A DNA stretch of 64,000 nt, taken from contig CDMY01000295.1 in NCBI GenBank assembly GCA_001179505.1, forward strand, positions 1 to 64,000, given 5' to 3'. Shown here piece after piece: positions 25,649-41,318 of the stretch (position 1 is its first letter; each line of letters opens with the position of its first letter). This stretch comes from Vitrella brassicaformis CCMP3155 (Eukaryota > Protista > Chromerida). The notes beneath the pieces were generated by a model that did no database searches, was not told the DNA's origin, and saw only the letters and a program-made list of their open reading frames with translations. A program made the translations under genes and the position numbers.

Positions 25649-28600
25649 GCAGGCCGAGCAGCAGCACCGGCGCGAGTCGCTCGCATCTACCGCCGTCCCG
25701 CCCCTCTCCGAAAGCGAGACGCTCAACGCCCTGACCGATATACACGCCCAGGACCAGGCCCTGCGGAGCCGCAACACGGCTGACTTGGCGACAGTTGAGG
25801 AGGGCCGTGCGATGGGAGAGAAGGATGACGGTGGGAGCGGGAAGGTTGAGGTGGCGGTCGTGAAGTCGCGGGATGAGAGAGAGGTTCAGAAGCCTCCGGA
25901 GTCCGTCAAAGTGCTGGGCATCTTCCAGGTGGGGTGGGCTGGATGGTGTGGGGCTGGATCGGGGGCGTCTGAATGGGTGGAGAGGTCATGGTCATGTCAT
26001 GGGCGTGTGCAGATAAGCTGGAATGTGGGTACGCCCTGGTGGCACTCGATCTCCACTTTCCTCGGCCAGTGCGCGCCCCTGTGGATCGTCACGCTCACAT
26101 TCGCACACCCCAGTAAGCAATGCCATCCAGTCACAGCAGAGCAGGCCTGACGGCTCCATGATTGAGTGGGTGTCCTCCTTGCCTGCCTGTCTATCTGCCC
26201 GCCTCTCAGCTGTGACCAGGAACATGCTCGAGTTGCTACGGTAAGCGAGCTGAGCTGAGCTGAGCTGAGCTGACGAAAACTTCTTCTCAGGTGTACTTGG
26301 AGGCATCTGCCTGTCCGTCTCTCTGTGTGTCTGTTGTCTCTTCTTGCAGATGTCAGGAGTATCCCTGGCTGCAGCCCGAGTACACGACCAACACGAGATA
26401 CGTCGACATGAAGGATGAGGCCCACATCCAGCGCAGGCTGGTCATCAACCCAAACATCATCTGCTTGTGAGCCACTGCCCCCCTCCTCCCTCCCTCCTTC
26501 GCCCCTCCCCTATTTGATTTGACGCCTTCCTGCCTGCCTGCCCGTCTGTCTGTCTGTCTGTCTCTCTGTCTGTCTGTAAGCGATGACGCTCATGAGTCCT
26601 TCTGGATCATTGCTGTCGTGGGGTTTTGTCTGTGGTCGATCCTGCCGGTGTTTGTGCTGCTGACGGTGCTGTGCCTGCAGCGGTCCAACCTGCACCTTCC
26701 CGAGACCAGGGCTCGATTCGGCTTCCTGTACAACGTAGGCAGCCAACACACGCACTGAGCGACGGGAGGCATGGCGTCATCCCGCCCCTGTGGTGTGTGG
26801 GTCGCTCCTGTGTGCAGGGATACCGCCGCAACTTCTTTTTCTGGGACTCTGTCTTTGCGCTGCGTCGTGTGTTAGTGCTGATGATAGCGCAGCTGGCGGT
26901 GGGCGCCGCGCCGTTCCAGCTCGTGGCCTGGGCTGTGGTCGCCATCGGGTCCCTCACCCTACAGCTCATCGTACACCCCTTCGACCATCGCAACTTTGAT
27001 ATCCTCAATCGCATGGAAGTCCAGGGGTCAGTCAGCACACCCACACACGGACAGGCAACACCTGCCTCATAGAGATCATTCTCTCTCTGTGTTGGTGTTG
27101 GTGTCAGTTTGGCGATATGGACGGGCTCGATCCTGCTCATGCAGGTGGTGATTATCATCAACTGGAACAGCACGATCAACGCCGTGATTGTCATCATCGT
27201 GGCGGCCCTCAACATCGCCCACTACATCAACCTGGGCCTGCTCATCTCGCGACACTCGCTCGCACATGCCGCATACCAGTACACCAACGCCACCGCGGGC
27301 AAGCAGCGCGCTGCTGCTGGTACGAAGATGCAGTCAGTGTCTTCTTCATTCACTTCACATAGAAAGAAGAAAGACCCAACAGCAGGCAGCCATTGATATG
27401 GTTCAATGCTTGTGCAGGTCTGGGCATGATCAGCCCGCTGTTCGAGTACTTCATCCGTCAGGAGGAGAAGCGCCGCGAGGCCATGCCCAAGGTCTTCCTG
27501 GACTGGGCCACCGGCTACCTCGACCTGAGGCAGGGCCGCAGACGGTCCTCATCCGGCACTGGCACATCATCAGCCGCATCAGGGGTCGGCAGCGGGGGCG
27601 GTGGCCCGCCCAGCCCCACCCACAAAGACGACGTCACACCGAGGGCTAACACTCACTCCAACGGGAAGATGCCGACAGGGGAGCTGGGGGGCGAGACCAC
27701 CCGGCTGACGCAGACCGAGTCGATGGCCACCGCCCGCCCGTGGACGCCCTCGGCCGCGCTGGCCATGTGGCGACGAAACAGCGAGAAGAGCGCCATGACC
27801 AAGCTCGCGTGGTGGTCAGTGCACTGCCGTGCCTTCGCACACACAGAGAGAGGTAAGGATGGCCCGACGGTACTGTGTGTGTCAGGTGCCCCCATGGCTT
27901 TGGGTTCAGAGGTGGGCTGACGTCGACGACTCTGGGGGGCGAGGAGGGGGCGCAGGACGGCCGGCAGCGGACGATGCCCAAGCTGCATGGCGGGGGCAGC
28001 GCCGCTGACGTGCGGGTGGGGGTGACGGTCGTCCGCATGACCGCACACGCCATGCAGGATGCCATCGAACTTCTGCAGATACACAAGATTCCACCTGGTG
28101 CGTGAGACTTTTGTGTGTGTGTGTGTGCATTGTGTTGTCTTGCGGATTCAACTTGTGTGTGTTGGTGTTGGTTCGTCTGGACAGATTTGTCCGAGTTTTT
28201 CTGGAGTCAGGCGTTTCTATTCCACGCTCTGCGAATGAAGATCGTCCAGGACAGGGAAGACCCCAAGAGTGAGGGCTGGCACACACACAGCTGGACACCC
28301 GTCAGGCACTAAATGAATGGCTGCCACATCTTGTGTGTGTTGCCTCTCATCTCATCAGAGGAGCAGGTGATCGTCATGCCCCACCCTCTAGACGAGAACA
28401 CACAGGCAAGCAGACAGACAGACAGACAGACAGATAATGCGGGGGGCTCAGCCTTTCAAGGCATTCACATCCATGTCTCCCTCTCTCTCTGCTTTTGTCG
28501 CATGACATGGTCTGTCTCTCAGGGTCTGCGTCAGATGAGCAGTGAGGACCTCTCCCACGCCATCAAGGAAGTCGGCGGCACCGACCTCAAGCACGCCTCC

Positions 28601-30662
28601 CTCCTGCTCCAGGCCAAGAGCAACAAGATGAACAAATCAGAGGGACACCTCAGCCCATCCATCGCCCGCTCAAACCGACGCCGCGGCTCCTCACCCGCCA
28701 CGCTTCTCAGCTCCCAACTTAACAAGGCCAGGACCAATGTCGACTCGGGCGGCGTCAAGGGCGACAACACATCTTCAGAGGGCAGCCGCTCGCCCCACTC
28801 GCCAATACGGTCGCGCGACAGAAGGCACACGCTCGGTGGCGTCGACTCCAGCCAGATGCGGTCGATATTTACCGAGACCGAGACCATGTTCGACATCCCG
28901 GCCGCCGTCACCGAGTCCATCTCCAGCCTGCCCGAGTCGACGACGGCCGAGGGTATGAGGGCGCCGCATGGTACGCCCCACGCTGTGAGCCACGCAGTGA
29001 GCATCGTGGACAGTCGCCGGAGTGATAGCCATGGGAGCCACCTGGGCCACGACGTAGATACTGAGGGCGGGGGAAAGGAAGAGGCAGCGGGGGTGTCGAA
29101 GAGCCCGAGCGTTCCACCTGCACGGTCAGCCAGCGAGCCACTGGCAGGCAGGCAGGCGGGCAGACGGACAGGCATTCGATATCTCTGGTGACTCTCTCTC
29201 TCTCTCTGTGTCTGTTGTCTGTCTGCAGCCATGGGTCCATCTATGGCGTCCCTCTAGACGATTTCCAGGCAAGCGCCAAAAACAGGCCAGGCCATCACGC
29301 AAAAGGATGCGTTGCATGATGTCTTCCCCTTTTCTTCTGCGTGTATGTGCAGTTGAACCTGTCGTATGTGGTAGACGAGCTGGTGACCCGCCAGCACCAG
29401 TACGAGAAGACCCTGCGTGCCCGTCGTCGGCACGGCGAGGTGGTGGTCGAGGACAAGGATAAGCCGGGCGGATGGATGGGCCTCTACCTCGCCTTCAGAC
29501 AGGCCAAACAGAAACTCATTCAGGCCGGCACACAGCCGGTGAGGGAGAGAGAGGAACGAACAGGCATATCATGGCCATGAACACATTATTGGTTGGCTGC
29601 TTCAGGAGGATGTGCCGGCAGCGTTGGCGAGCTACGCGTCTCAGAAGGACTTCGCCCCCCCGAACATCGTCAACATTGCCATGCAGCAGTCGCCTCTCTC
29701 CCAGTCCTCACCTGCCGCAGCAGCGGCTGGCACTTTGGTCGGCACCAGCTACCCCGCCAGCGTCGCATCCAACGGCGCCAACGTCATCGAGCGCCCTCCG
29801 TTGGATGCGCGTTCCGTCTCGATGCCTCGACACCCCTTCTCCACGGTGCGGCTGCAGCCGACGTCCATGTCGTCCGACAACGTGGGCACCTACTACGGCA
29901 CCTACCCCAACGAGATCAGAGGCAGCCTCTCGGGCTCCAGCAGCGGCATCTACGTCCCCAGCCTATTCCACGCCGGCTCGTCCAGTGGCTTCACCGAGTT
30001 TGCAGAGGCCGTCTACCGTGACGTCGGGCGCTCGGCCGCCATGCGCACAGCGGGCCAGGCGCAGTCCGTCGGGCAGCACCCCAAACGGGGCGGGAGCGAG
30101 GAGCGTGTTGACGTGCTGCAGCAGAGAGAGAAGGGGAGGGGGCGTGGCAAGGTCATGACACGCGGCGCGAGTGAGCCGGTGCACCAGGCTACTGGTGAGT
30201 ACACCGACCAGGATGTGGCCGACGAGGACATGATCAAGTGGTCAGAGCTGGAAAGCGCGACAAAGGAAACTGAGGAGCCCGACAGCGGCCCCGCCAGCAA
30301 TGGCCACGTGCCACTGCCATCCGAGAGACACCCCACCGTAAGCAGGGAAGAGCATGCACAGCAGAGGAGTACAATGACTGATTGCATGGTGTCTGTCTGT
30401 GATGTCTGTGTAGGCACTGGCCAACATCGTGTTGGAGGGCCTTCAGAGATTCGTGCAGGATGCCGACCGTCAGCAGCTGCGGGACATCCTCGGCAGCCGG
30501 TCGAACAGCAGACGGTCGCATGAGTCGGAGGGCACCACCCAGGAGCAGCAGACCAGCGCCACCAGCAGCGGCAACCGACGCACGACACCGCAGCGGTCGC
30601 CGCCACCAACCACCAGGGCCAGGGAGAAGTCACCCAATCCGAGACTCTTTGGCGGTCCCTGA
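19777..30662 (+). CDS. Giant receptor-like protein: signal peptide, plant-type LRR array, Cys-rich (GCC2/GCC3, ephrin-receptor-like) repeats, about 9-TM TRP-like (FLC/Pkd2-type) membrane domain, and a long cytoplasmic tail; more than 30 exons
   Basis: Signal peptide MVMLPSVLFLAVLSSVAAA. LRRs such as LxxLxLxxNxLSGxLPxxLG. Cys-rich units CTKCRANTFS...CQDCP and CTPC...CFCNAGY. TM region with IKMGLNHF...WP, RARFGFLYNGYRRNFFFWDSV...RR, HPF...LNRME. Last exon ends PRLFGGP* at 30662. Confidence 0.88.
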
Positions 30663-31579
30663 TGAGCAAGAGGGAGGGTTGAGGGGTGAGGGGGGTGCGG
30701 CAGGGTGTTTTGCTGATATATGTCACTATGTTATTTGGTTAATGCCTGAGGGCAGGTTGGGAGGGAAAGGTGGCTCGGTTGTATGGGCGTGCGTCCCTCT
30801 ATCGATTGCTCTCAGAGCGATGCTTTTGTTGGTTATGGGGCAGGGGTGCCACACGCATAACCACATGCACATCTGTGCATCCACCCACATCACGATAGCA
30901 CGATATCATGACCGACCGACGGATCGATGTCGATGTTATTTGTCGTGTGGTGTGTCCGTCCTGTGAAGTGTTGGTGTCTTGTTTGTTGTCGTTGTTGTTG
31001 TCCGGATCGGATAGACAGCTCAGCTGTGATGGATGTGAGAGACGTGCGTCTCTTTTTGGTCACAGATCTATCTAGCTAGCTAGACAGACAGACAGACAGA
31101 CGAGAGAATATTATTGGTCATGCAGCGTGACGATGTGGTGTGGTGTGGTGTTGTGTGGCGTGCTGCATGTCAGGACAGCGCACACCACCTGTTGCATTTG
31201 TGCGGGCGGGCGCTGCGATGAGGGGCGGGAAGGCTTTAGGAGTCAGTGGTTTTATCGGATGGTGGATGTGCCATGGCGACTCAATTATACCCAAGACCGC
31301 GCGATACACTCGTATGAATGAATCAGATGATGACAGACAGAGGTCACAGTTACTAGTACGGTCAGGAAGGCATCAACTCCACGGGCACACTGATGCACGT
31401 CCGACAAAGCACACAGTGCACGCATGGCATGCACACATCCACCCACCCACCCACCCACCTACCCAGCTATCATCGACCGAAAAATCAGCCACAGAGGCCC
31501 ACAAATGAAGCACAAACATCTCGACACCCATCCCGCAACCACCGCAAAAACATATTGACACATACATTCGTGACATCCC

Positions 31580-33486
31580 TCAAAAATACCGCTTCCAGCC
31601 CCTCTCCCGCTTCACCATATCCCCTCTCAACCCAGCATTGCCTGCACGCCTCTCAAGAGGCCGTCTGCCTCTCAGCCCCCTCAGCCCCGTGTCCACCCTC
31701 GGCTTGGCATCCCTCACCGCCCCTCCCGCCCACTTGCCCCGCCATGTCCGCTCCTCCTGCCGCCTGAGCTCCTCGACGGTTGGGATGGCCGCCTTGCCCA
31801 GCGACTTGACCCAGGCCCGCCGCCCTGGCTGGAGGTAGTGGAAGAGCCCGACGAGGTCCTTCTCACCGCCCTCCAGTGTCCCCCTGTCCTCTGCCGCTGG
31901 GGAGGTCATGCGATAGGCCATATCGCCGAGGACGTTGATGGTGTGGGGCAGCCAGGTGCTGAGGGCTGGCTCATGCTGGCGGTCCTGGAGGAGGCTGCCC
32001 GCCCGCTGTCTGCTGCTGTCGGTGAGGACTGGGCCGGCCTTGCTGAAGTACCTCTGGTGGTGGCGGCTCCAGCTGAGGCTGCGCAGCATATCGAAGCTGT
32101 GCCACTTCTGCTTGAGCTGCTCCTTGTCCAGGTCGCTGAGGTGCCTCCAGCCGAGCAGCTTGTCTTGCAGGCCCTCCTCGCACATCACCGTCTTGATGAA
32201 GTCCTCGCCCCTCATCACGTCGCCCATGTCCATGCCCAGCCCCCACAGTACCGCGGCCTCGTCGATGTAGATGCCCTGCTTGCCCTCCGCGTCTCGCACC
32301 ATCACCCCCTTGAGCTTGAGGGTCTCCTCCAGCTCGTTGGCGGTTCTGATGGTAGCGAGGTAGCGTGAGTGCCACTCTCCGGCGGCGGAGCCGAGATGCG
32401 GTTGACGTCCTGGTGGCAGGAGCTCCCGCATCCGGTCGAGGAAGGAGTTGGCCTTCGCGCGGTTCATGCAGAGCGCCGTGTCGTTCCAGAGGTTGCCGCT
32501 GGTGTCCTCCTCGAAGCTGTGCTTGTACACCAGCTGCAGCTCGGGTGCGATGGCGCCGCAGGTGCCGACAGGCCATTGGTGGTGGTGCCGCTTGCCGCCT
32601 TCGTCGAGAGGGACGAAGGCCACCTTGGCCTTGTTGGCGAATGTCGGAGGGGGCGGGGGGAACGAGGGAGGGTGCCAGCCGAGGGATACCGAGTTGGCGA
32701 GGTCGATGAGCTTGGCACCCTCCGATGGGAGAGGGCCTGTCGATGTGGGGGTGGTGGCCGGGCGCTGGAGGCTGTGGGGCAGGTTGAGGTTGTCGAGCAG
32801 CTCTTTGCGGATGAACACATCCTTCTTGATGTTGTCCAGCCCGACGATGCCGTGCCGCACAGCCGCTCTGTGGGCGCGGATGGTGAGGAGGAGGGCGAGC
32901 ACGAGGCGGGAGAGGTCTTGCCGAAGTGTCGTGGCATCGCGATGGACCAGTGCCTTGAAGCTGTGGCTGCGCAGCAGGCGATTGAGGTTGACCCACTTGT
33001 CGCCTGAACACACAAACAGGATAGAGGAAAGAAACCAATGAGCTGCGTGTGTGAGTGCTGCCCACGTGTGAAAACATTACACGTACCTGACAGCAGCTCC
33101 ATCGCGATGGCCAGACACTTCTCCTCCCTAATCCTCCCTTGCTCATCTCGTGTGATGAGCGTGGCCGGCGGGTCCTTGGTGGTGTGTCTGTAGCTGGTGT
33201 AGATGGCCACGAATGGGCTGTGCTGTGACGAGAGGTGGCCGGCTCCTCTGACAGCCCTCAGCCGTCGCTCCTCCATCTGGGCTGATGTGAGCTGCTGCTG
33301 CGCCCAGGCGGTGGAGTGGTCATCCGGCAGCTTGAGCAGCTTGATGGCTGCGGGGATGGTGGTGCCGGTGGGGCCGGGGATGAAGGCTACATACACATTG
33401 GCACTCGAGCCGATGTCGAGGAGCTTGGTCAGCTCCAAGTCTGGGGTGTCGCCGGGCAGCTGAAGGATGGGCAGGGGGGCTGTCAT
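31580..33486 (-). CDS. Divergent protein-kinase-fold protein, probable pseudokinase or atypical kinase; intron at 33086-33004
   Basis: LLDIGSSANVY (Gly loop), AAIKLL, AIAMELL, HGIVGLDNIKKDV (degenerate catalytic loop), KLIDLA (DFG position), GTCGAIAPEL, VLWGLG. Confidence 0.75.
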
Positions 33487-34168
33487 CGTTGAGTGGATGG
33501 GGCTGAAGATCTCAGTCGTCGGTCGAGTAGAGGCGCTCGGACGACTCACAGATGAGCTCTTCTCGTCGAAAAGAGCCGAGACAAGAGCCCGAGCGATCCG
33601 GTGGGGGCGAAGCGCGCAGCAGACGACAAGGCAAGAGCGAGTTGAATGGTGTTGGAAGGCTGAGAGAGATGATTGGATGTGGTTCGGGTCGCCAACAGAT
33701 GGCAAGGATGGATGCGCAAGACCTTGGCCAAGAACGTCCGATGAGCGGTTGATTTGCCTGACGGACAGAAACAAACAGCATTGAGCCAAGGACGCTCGTG
33801 GCGTGGGTGTTTGCTGCTTTCCCGGCAGATGGAGGGCTCCGTGGCAATGAATGAGTCGATGACGACCAGACGATGGGCTCAGAGCAGCCACTGAACCAGC
33901 CAAACCTCAGAAAGGGCTGCCAGGCATCGAGCAGTGGTGCTGGAAGTCACCGCGGAACAGCCACTATCATCACTGCAAAAGGGAGTCAGTCATCAGTCAC
34001 TCACGCGCACGAAACCATCATTCACAGCATTGCGATGGTGTCTGTTCGTCTGTCCATGGTAAGCATCTTCACTACAAAGCAACGAAGGTGTCACTTGCAC
34101 CGCCCTGTCCGTCTGTGTCAGGCCATCGAAGCGACGAGCACAAGCAAACCATCGCTGAGTCAAGCACA

Positions 34169-34729
34169 ATGAGGTACGGCACATGGGAGGTGTGGCTGTT
34201 GCTTCACCAGTCGTCAGAGAGGCCGCCCGACAAGCACAAGCGACGGAGCTGCGTGAAAAAACCAAAGCAAAACGATGGTGATTCTTGTCTGACAGTGGTG
34301 ATGGTGTGTTGCATGATGTGTACAGACCGAGAGGAGGGCAAAAACGATGAAAACAACCCCAACGCCATCCTCGAAACAGTGATCGTCACTCGTAAACAAA
34401 AACGGTGAGTCACGAGGCCTTTTCTTCGCCCCAAGTGTGTTGCTTTGCTCTGTGTGTGTACAGGCCTGTGAGGTCGACTGCGTCGCTCACAAGAACGGGA
34501 AGCAAACAGACGAGGTACCACGAGATGGAGGCATGAGCGTGCGTGACGATGGGCAGTGCGTATACGCACTTATTCGCTCTCTCGCGACGTGTGTGTTCGT
34601 TTTGGTCTGTGTGCTGCTGCAGGAATACGCAGGAATACGTGTGCGAGCGTGCGCGAGTGGAAGCTGCCGCGTGTTCTTGAGGGTGGGGGTCGTGGGTCTT
34701 GGCGCATGAACGCACGAGTTCTTGTGTGG

Positions 34730-34761
<32 letters not shown>

Positions 34762-35900
34762 TGTATATGCGTTATATGTATTCAGGTGGCAGCCTGATCA
34801 TGACCCCATCTTCCTTCATCTTCCTTCGCGCGTCTTTGGATGCGTCACGGTGTTGCTGATCTGACGCACGGACGTATCCAAGATACCGGCCGACGTCGCG
34901 GGATGTGATTGCCTGGACGAGTAAAGAGCTTGCGAGTGCGGGTGTTGGACCCGATGCCGTCCCGGGCACACTGGGCGAGCTGCGGCCGATGGACCGGTTG
35001 GCCTTCGGGGCCTTGCGGCAGTTGGCGGCGGCGGGCAAGATCAAGATCAAGAATCCGAGGAGCATAGTGTGCCTGCTGATGACATGGAGGAGCTGCTGAC
35101 AGCCGTGGGTGGGGAGAGGGCTGTCGAGAGCGTGGATGTCAAGGTGCGCGGGAAGGGGCGGGAGCTGCCGTGGGGCGAGGACGCTGAGGCCATCCCGACC
35201 CATCACACAGATGTCTGTCGAGCTTACCGGTGGGTGGGATGGTGGAGGTGACAGACACAAACAATTACGGGCCGACAAATCGTTACATGCTTCCTCATCC
35301 ATCCATATCCCTTATGTGTGTGCAGTGCCGGATGATGCGAGTGCCGCCTCGTTTGTCCACCGGAGCCTGGCATCGATGGTCAACAACGTCCGCGGCCTGC
35401 AGACGGTCACCATCCAAGTCGGCTGCCTCGACGGCTTTGTCGAGCAGATGAAGGCCCTGTGCCCCACGCACACCATCGGCAACTTCGCCATCGAGTTGGG
35501 AATGGCCGGCACTGTCAACGCACACCTCAAGACTTGGTGAGTTGTTGGGTGGGTGGTGATTTGCCCCGTCGCTATCTGTCAGTGATCCTGGGTGTGTGTG
35601 CTTTCGCCTGTGTGTGCCTGCAGGACGGAGGTGCCTCTGCTGCATGTGTATCTGACGATTCGTTCCTGCATTGCACGTGAAGTGTTTCGTGTCAATAAGC
35701 TGCTGCCCCATCTAGATGGCGCAGGCATCCTCCTGCGCCCCAGTTGGCCACGCCATCGATCATGCTATACACACACCAATGCGCACGTCTGTCTGTCTGC
35801 AAACACCCCATGCGCTAACCATGACTGCGGCGCCCATCCATCCATCCATCCATCCAGTCATTCCATTTGGCCATCTAGACTACCTGCCGGCATCTGACCC
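34169..35900 (+). CDS. Possible multi-exon hypothetical gene or degenerate family member; the model is not resolved
   Basis: Several coding-like blocks are bounded by GT/AG (SSERPPDKHK..., DREEGKNDEN..., VIAWTSKELAS..., VPDDASAASFVH...), but I could not splice one continuous frame. Confidence 0.3.
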
Positions 35901-35974
35901 TCGCAAGGTGTAGGCAGTCCGTCATGCCATGCAGCCAGACACATGAAATGCATCCATCCCATCGGTCGATCACT

Positions 35975-39130
<3,156 letters not shown>

Positions 39131-39343
39131 AGGGAGGGCCCCACAAAGCCACCGCACGCCAGCAAAGAGGCAACCTCAGTCAGAAATCAGCGACTGGTCG
39201 GTGTCAGCAAGAAGCGACTTCAGAAGCCTGTCTGCCGCCCATCTCACAAGCTACCACATCCTCGCAAACGGCCGTATTCGACAGAATTGCCGGCTCATCC
39301 GGCGATCCAGCGGGCCGCCGCGTCGTCAAAACGGAACGTGATT

Positions 39344-39367
39344 CATCTACTTTGGCATCTACTTTGG
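39344..39367 (+). repeat. 12-bp tandem duplication (CATCTACTTTGG x2) just upstream of the ATG at 39375
   Basis: Read directly, inside the katanin/TL15B divergent promoter. Confidence 0.9.
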
Positions 39368-39374
39368 TCTGGAA

Positions 39375-40494
39375 ATGAAGTCACAACAACACAGGAACCA
39401 TCTCCCTTTTCGGCGGCTTTTCTTGATCTTCATCGCCACTTCATGGACTGCGGCATCTGCGTTCTCTTTCCCTGCTTCTCGCCCGCAGAGAGGCAGCTGG
39501 AGGCAGCTGACGATGCACAGCAACGTTCCGCCATCGGCAGAGGTGATGCCTCGAAGGCACTTGTTTGATCTGAAGACCGCTGCGGCACTGTCGGCAGTGG
39601 GCGGCGCGTTGCTGGGCGGGTCATCTGGTGCTGATGCAGCGAGGCGTGAGGGCGTCAACAAGCCCGAGCTGCTGCCCACTGGTGACAAGGTGAACGTCAT
39701 CGACCTTGCAGGGGTACCCCAAGCGGAAAGGCAGCCGTGACTGTCTGACTGTCCGGCTGGCTGCGAACTGACCGACACACGCGCATTCTCTCTCTGTGTT
39801 TTGTTGATGTGTGTGCAGTTTCTGACGTCTGGTGAGGAGAGGCGGCTGGAGCGTCTGACGAAGGAGATGGAGAGTGCCACGGGCATAAAGCTGCGGATCT
39901 TGTGTCAGGACTACCCACAGACGCCCGGCCTGGCCATCAAGGACTACTGGGGCGTGGACGATAAGACCATCGTACGACAAAACCATCGTGCTCCATGATG
40001 AATTCGCCTGTCTTGAACATGTCCCACCTGTGTTGATGACCCCCACAGGTGATGGTTGTCGACAAATCGTTCTCTGGTCGGTCACGCGGACACACACATA
40101 TGGGTGGATGGGTGGACGAATGCATGGATTGGTGAGGGTCCTGCTGAGATGTTTGATGTGTGTGAGCCTGATTCCAGGGAATCTGCTGAATTTCAATGTG
40201 GGTGGCGACCCTGATCTGCAGCTGAAGCTGCCGTACCGATTCTGGCAGAGGATACAAAACAAATACGGAAACAAGTAGACCGACATACAGAGAGAACACA
40301 GGGGGGCATAATGCACCGACCCAAACACACACACACACAATATTGGCCGTCTACGTGAGTGTAGGTACAACGTGGAGCAGATGGGTGGCGAGGACCGGGT
40401 GATCCTCAAGACGGCCACGGCCATCAACTACTGCCTGAGGTCTAAGGACTACTGCGTTGACATTCCTTCAGACTCGGAGCTGCCAAAGCTGTGA
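39375..40494 (+). CDS. Thylakoid lumenal 15.0 kDa protein 2 (TPM-fold) homologue with signal peptide, transit peptide and Tat presequence
   Basis: The mature region [10 protein letters not shown]...[16 protein letters not shown]...[31 protein letters not shown]...GNLLNFNVG...[11 protein letters not shown] matches the plant TL15B sequence as I recall it. Presequence has AASA/F, RRHLF and ADAA. Confidence 0.92.
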
Positions 40495-40526
40495 TGGAGG
40501 TGGGACAGCGACGTGTACTGACTGTA

Positions 40527-40659
40527 AGTGAGCCTACTCACAGCCTCTGCCTGTCTCTCGACCGCCATAGTCTCAGCTTGAGAGCACCGATCGAGCATTA
40601 ACAGAGAGACATGTCAGCACGGTTTTTCGGTAGCGGCATGGCAACTGTGGCAGGCCGTA
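40527..40659 (+). repeat. Dispersed repeat segment A (second copy at 45291-45388)
   Basis: ATCGAGCATtAACAGAGAGAcATGTcAGCACGGTTTTTCGgtAGCGGCATGGCAaCTGTGG at 40590-40650 versus ATCGAGCATgAACAGAGAGAgATGTgAGCACGGTTTTTCGtaAGCGGCATGGCAtCTGTGG at 45323-45383. Both copies are preceded by AGTGAGCCyACTCAC. Confidence 0.9.
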
Positions 40660-41318
40660 CTTGTGAGTGCATGTGACCAGTCTTATTGACGGAGACCGAC
40701 AGACGTATCCATGTCAGTCAATACATGAGCGTGTAGACACACCTACCTACTCAGACAGACACTGAATCATGTACGCCTACGATATATACGGCCAGTGAGC
40801 CACCGAGCGGATAGATAGAGAAACAGCAGCTTATCCATCAGATCAGGTACATAGCAGCGCAGTACACCCTTGCACTCATGGCATGGCTGCCCTGACACAG
40901 TGCGATCGATACACATGTGCGACGAATCAATCAGCCCACACACTTGCATGTAGACAGACCCACACAAAGACAAAGCGCAGAAGAGAAGAAGACATTCACT
41001 CCGCTCATCTTACTTACTGCTGGCTGACTCCGTCCGTGGTCGAATGAATCAACACACGACAGACAGACAGGTACAGACTACGCAAATACCGAGCTATTTA
41101 TTACACGAAGATACGTACGTAGTACTCAAATAGCGAAAAATGCGCACCACACTCGTGCAAACGGAAAAAGACACGCCTACATCGGAAAAAGTGTGCATAT
41201 CGTGGCATGCTCTCAGGGAAAATCGTGCATGCGATGGATGGCACGTACATATGTGGCCTGGTGGTTTCTGTCTCCAGCGGGTGCGATTGATCGATCGACA
41301 CACGTGTGTATGTATGTA

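Noticed and set aside
34850-34930. Apparent frameshift or stop suggesting a pseudogene in the 34.2-35.9 kb model
   Set aside because: An unrecognised intron could explain it equally well, and this cannot be decided without cDNA.
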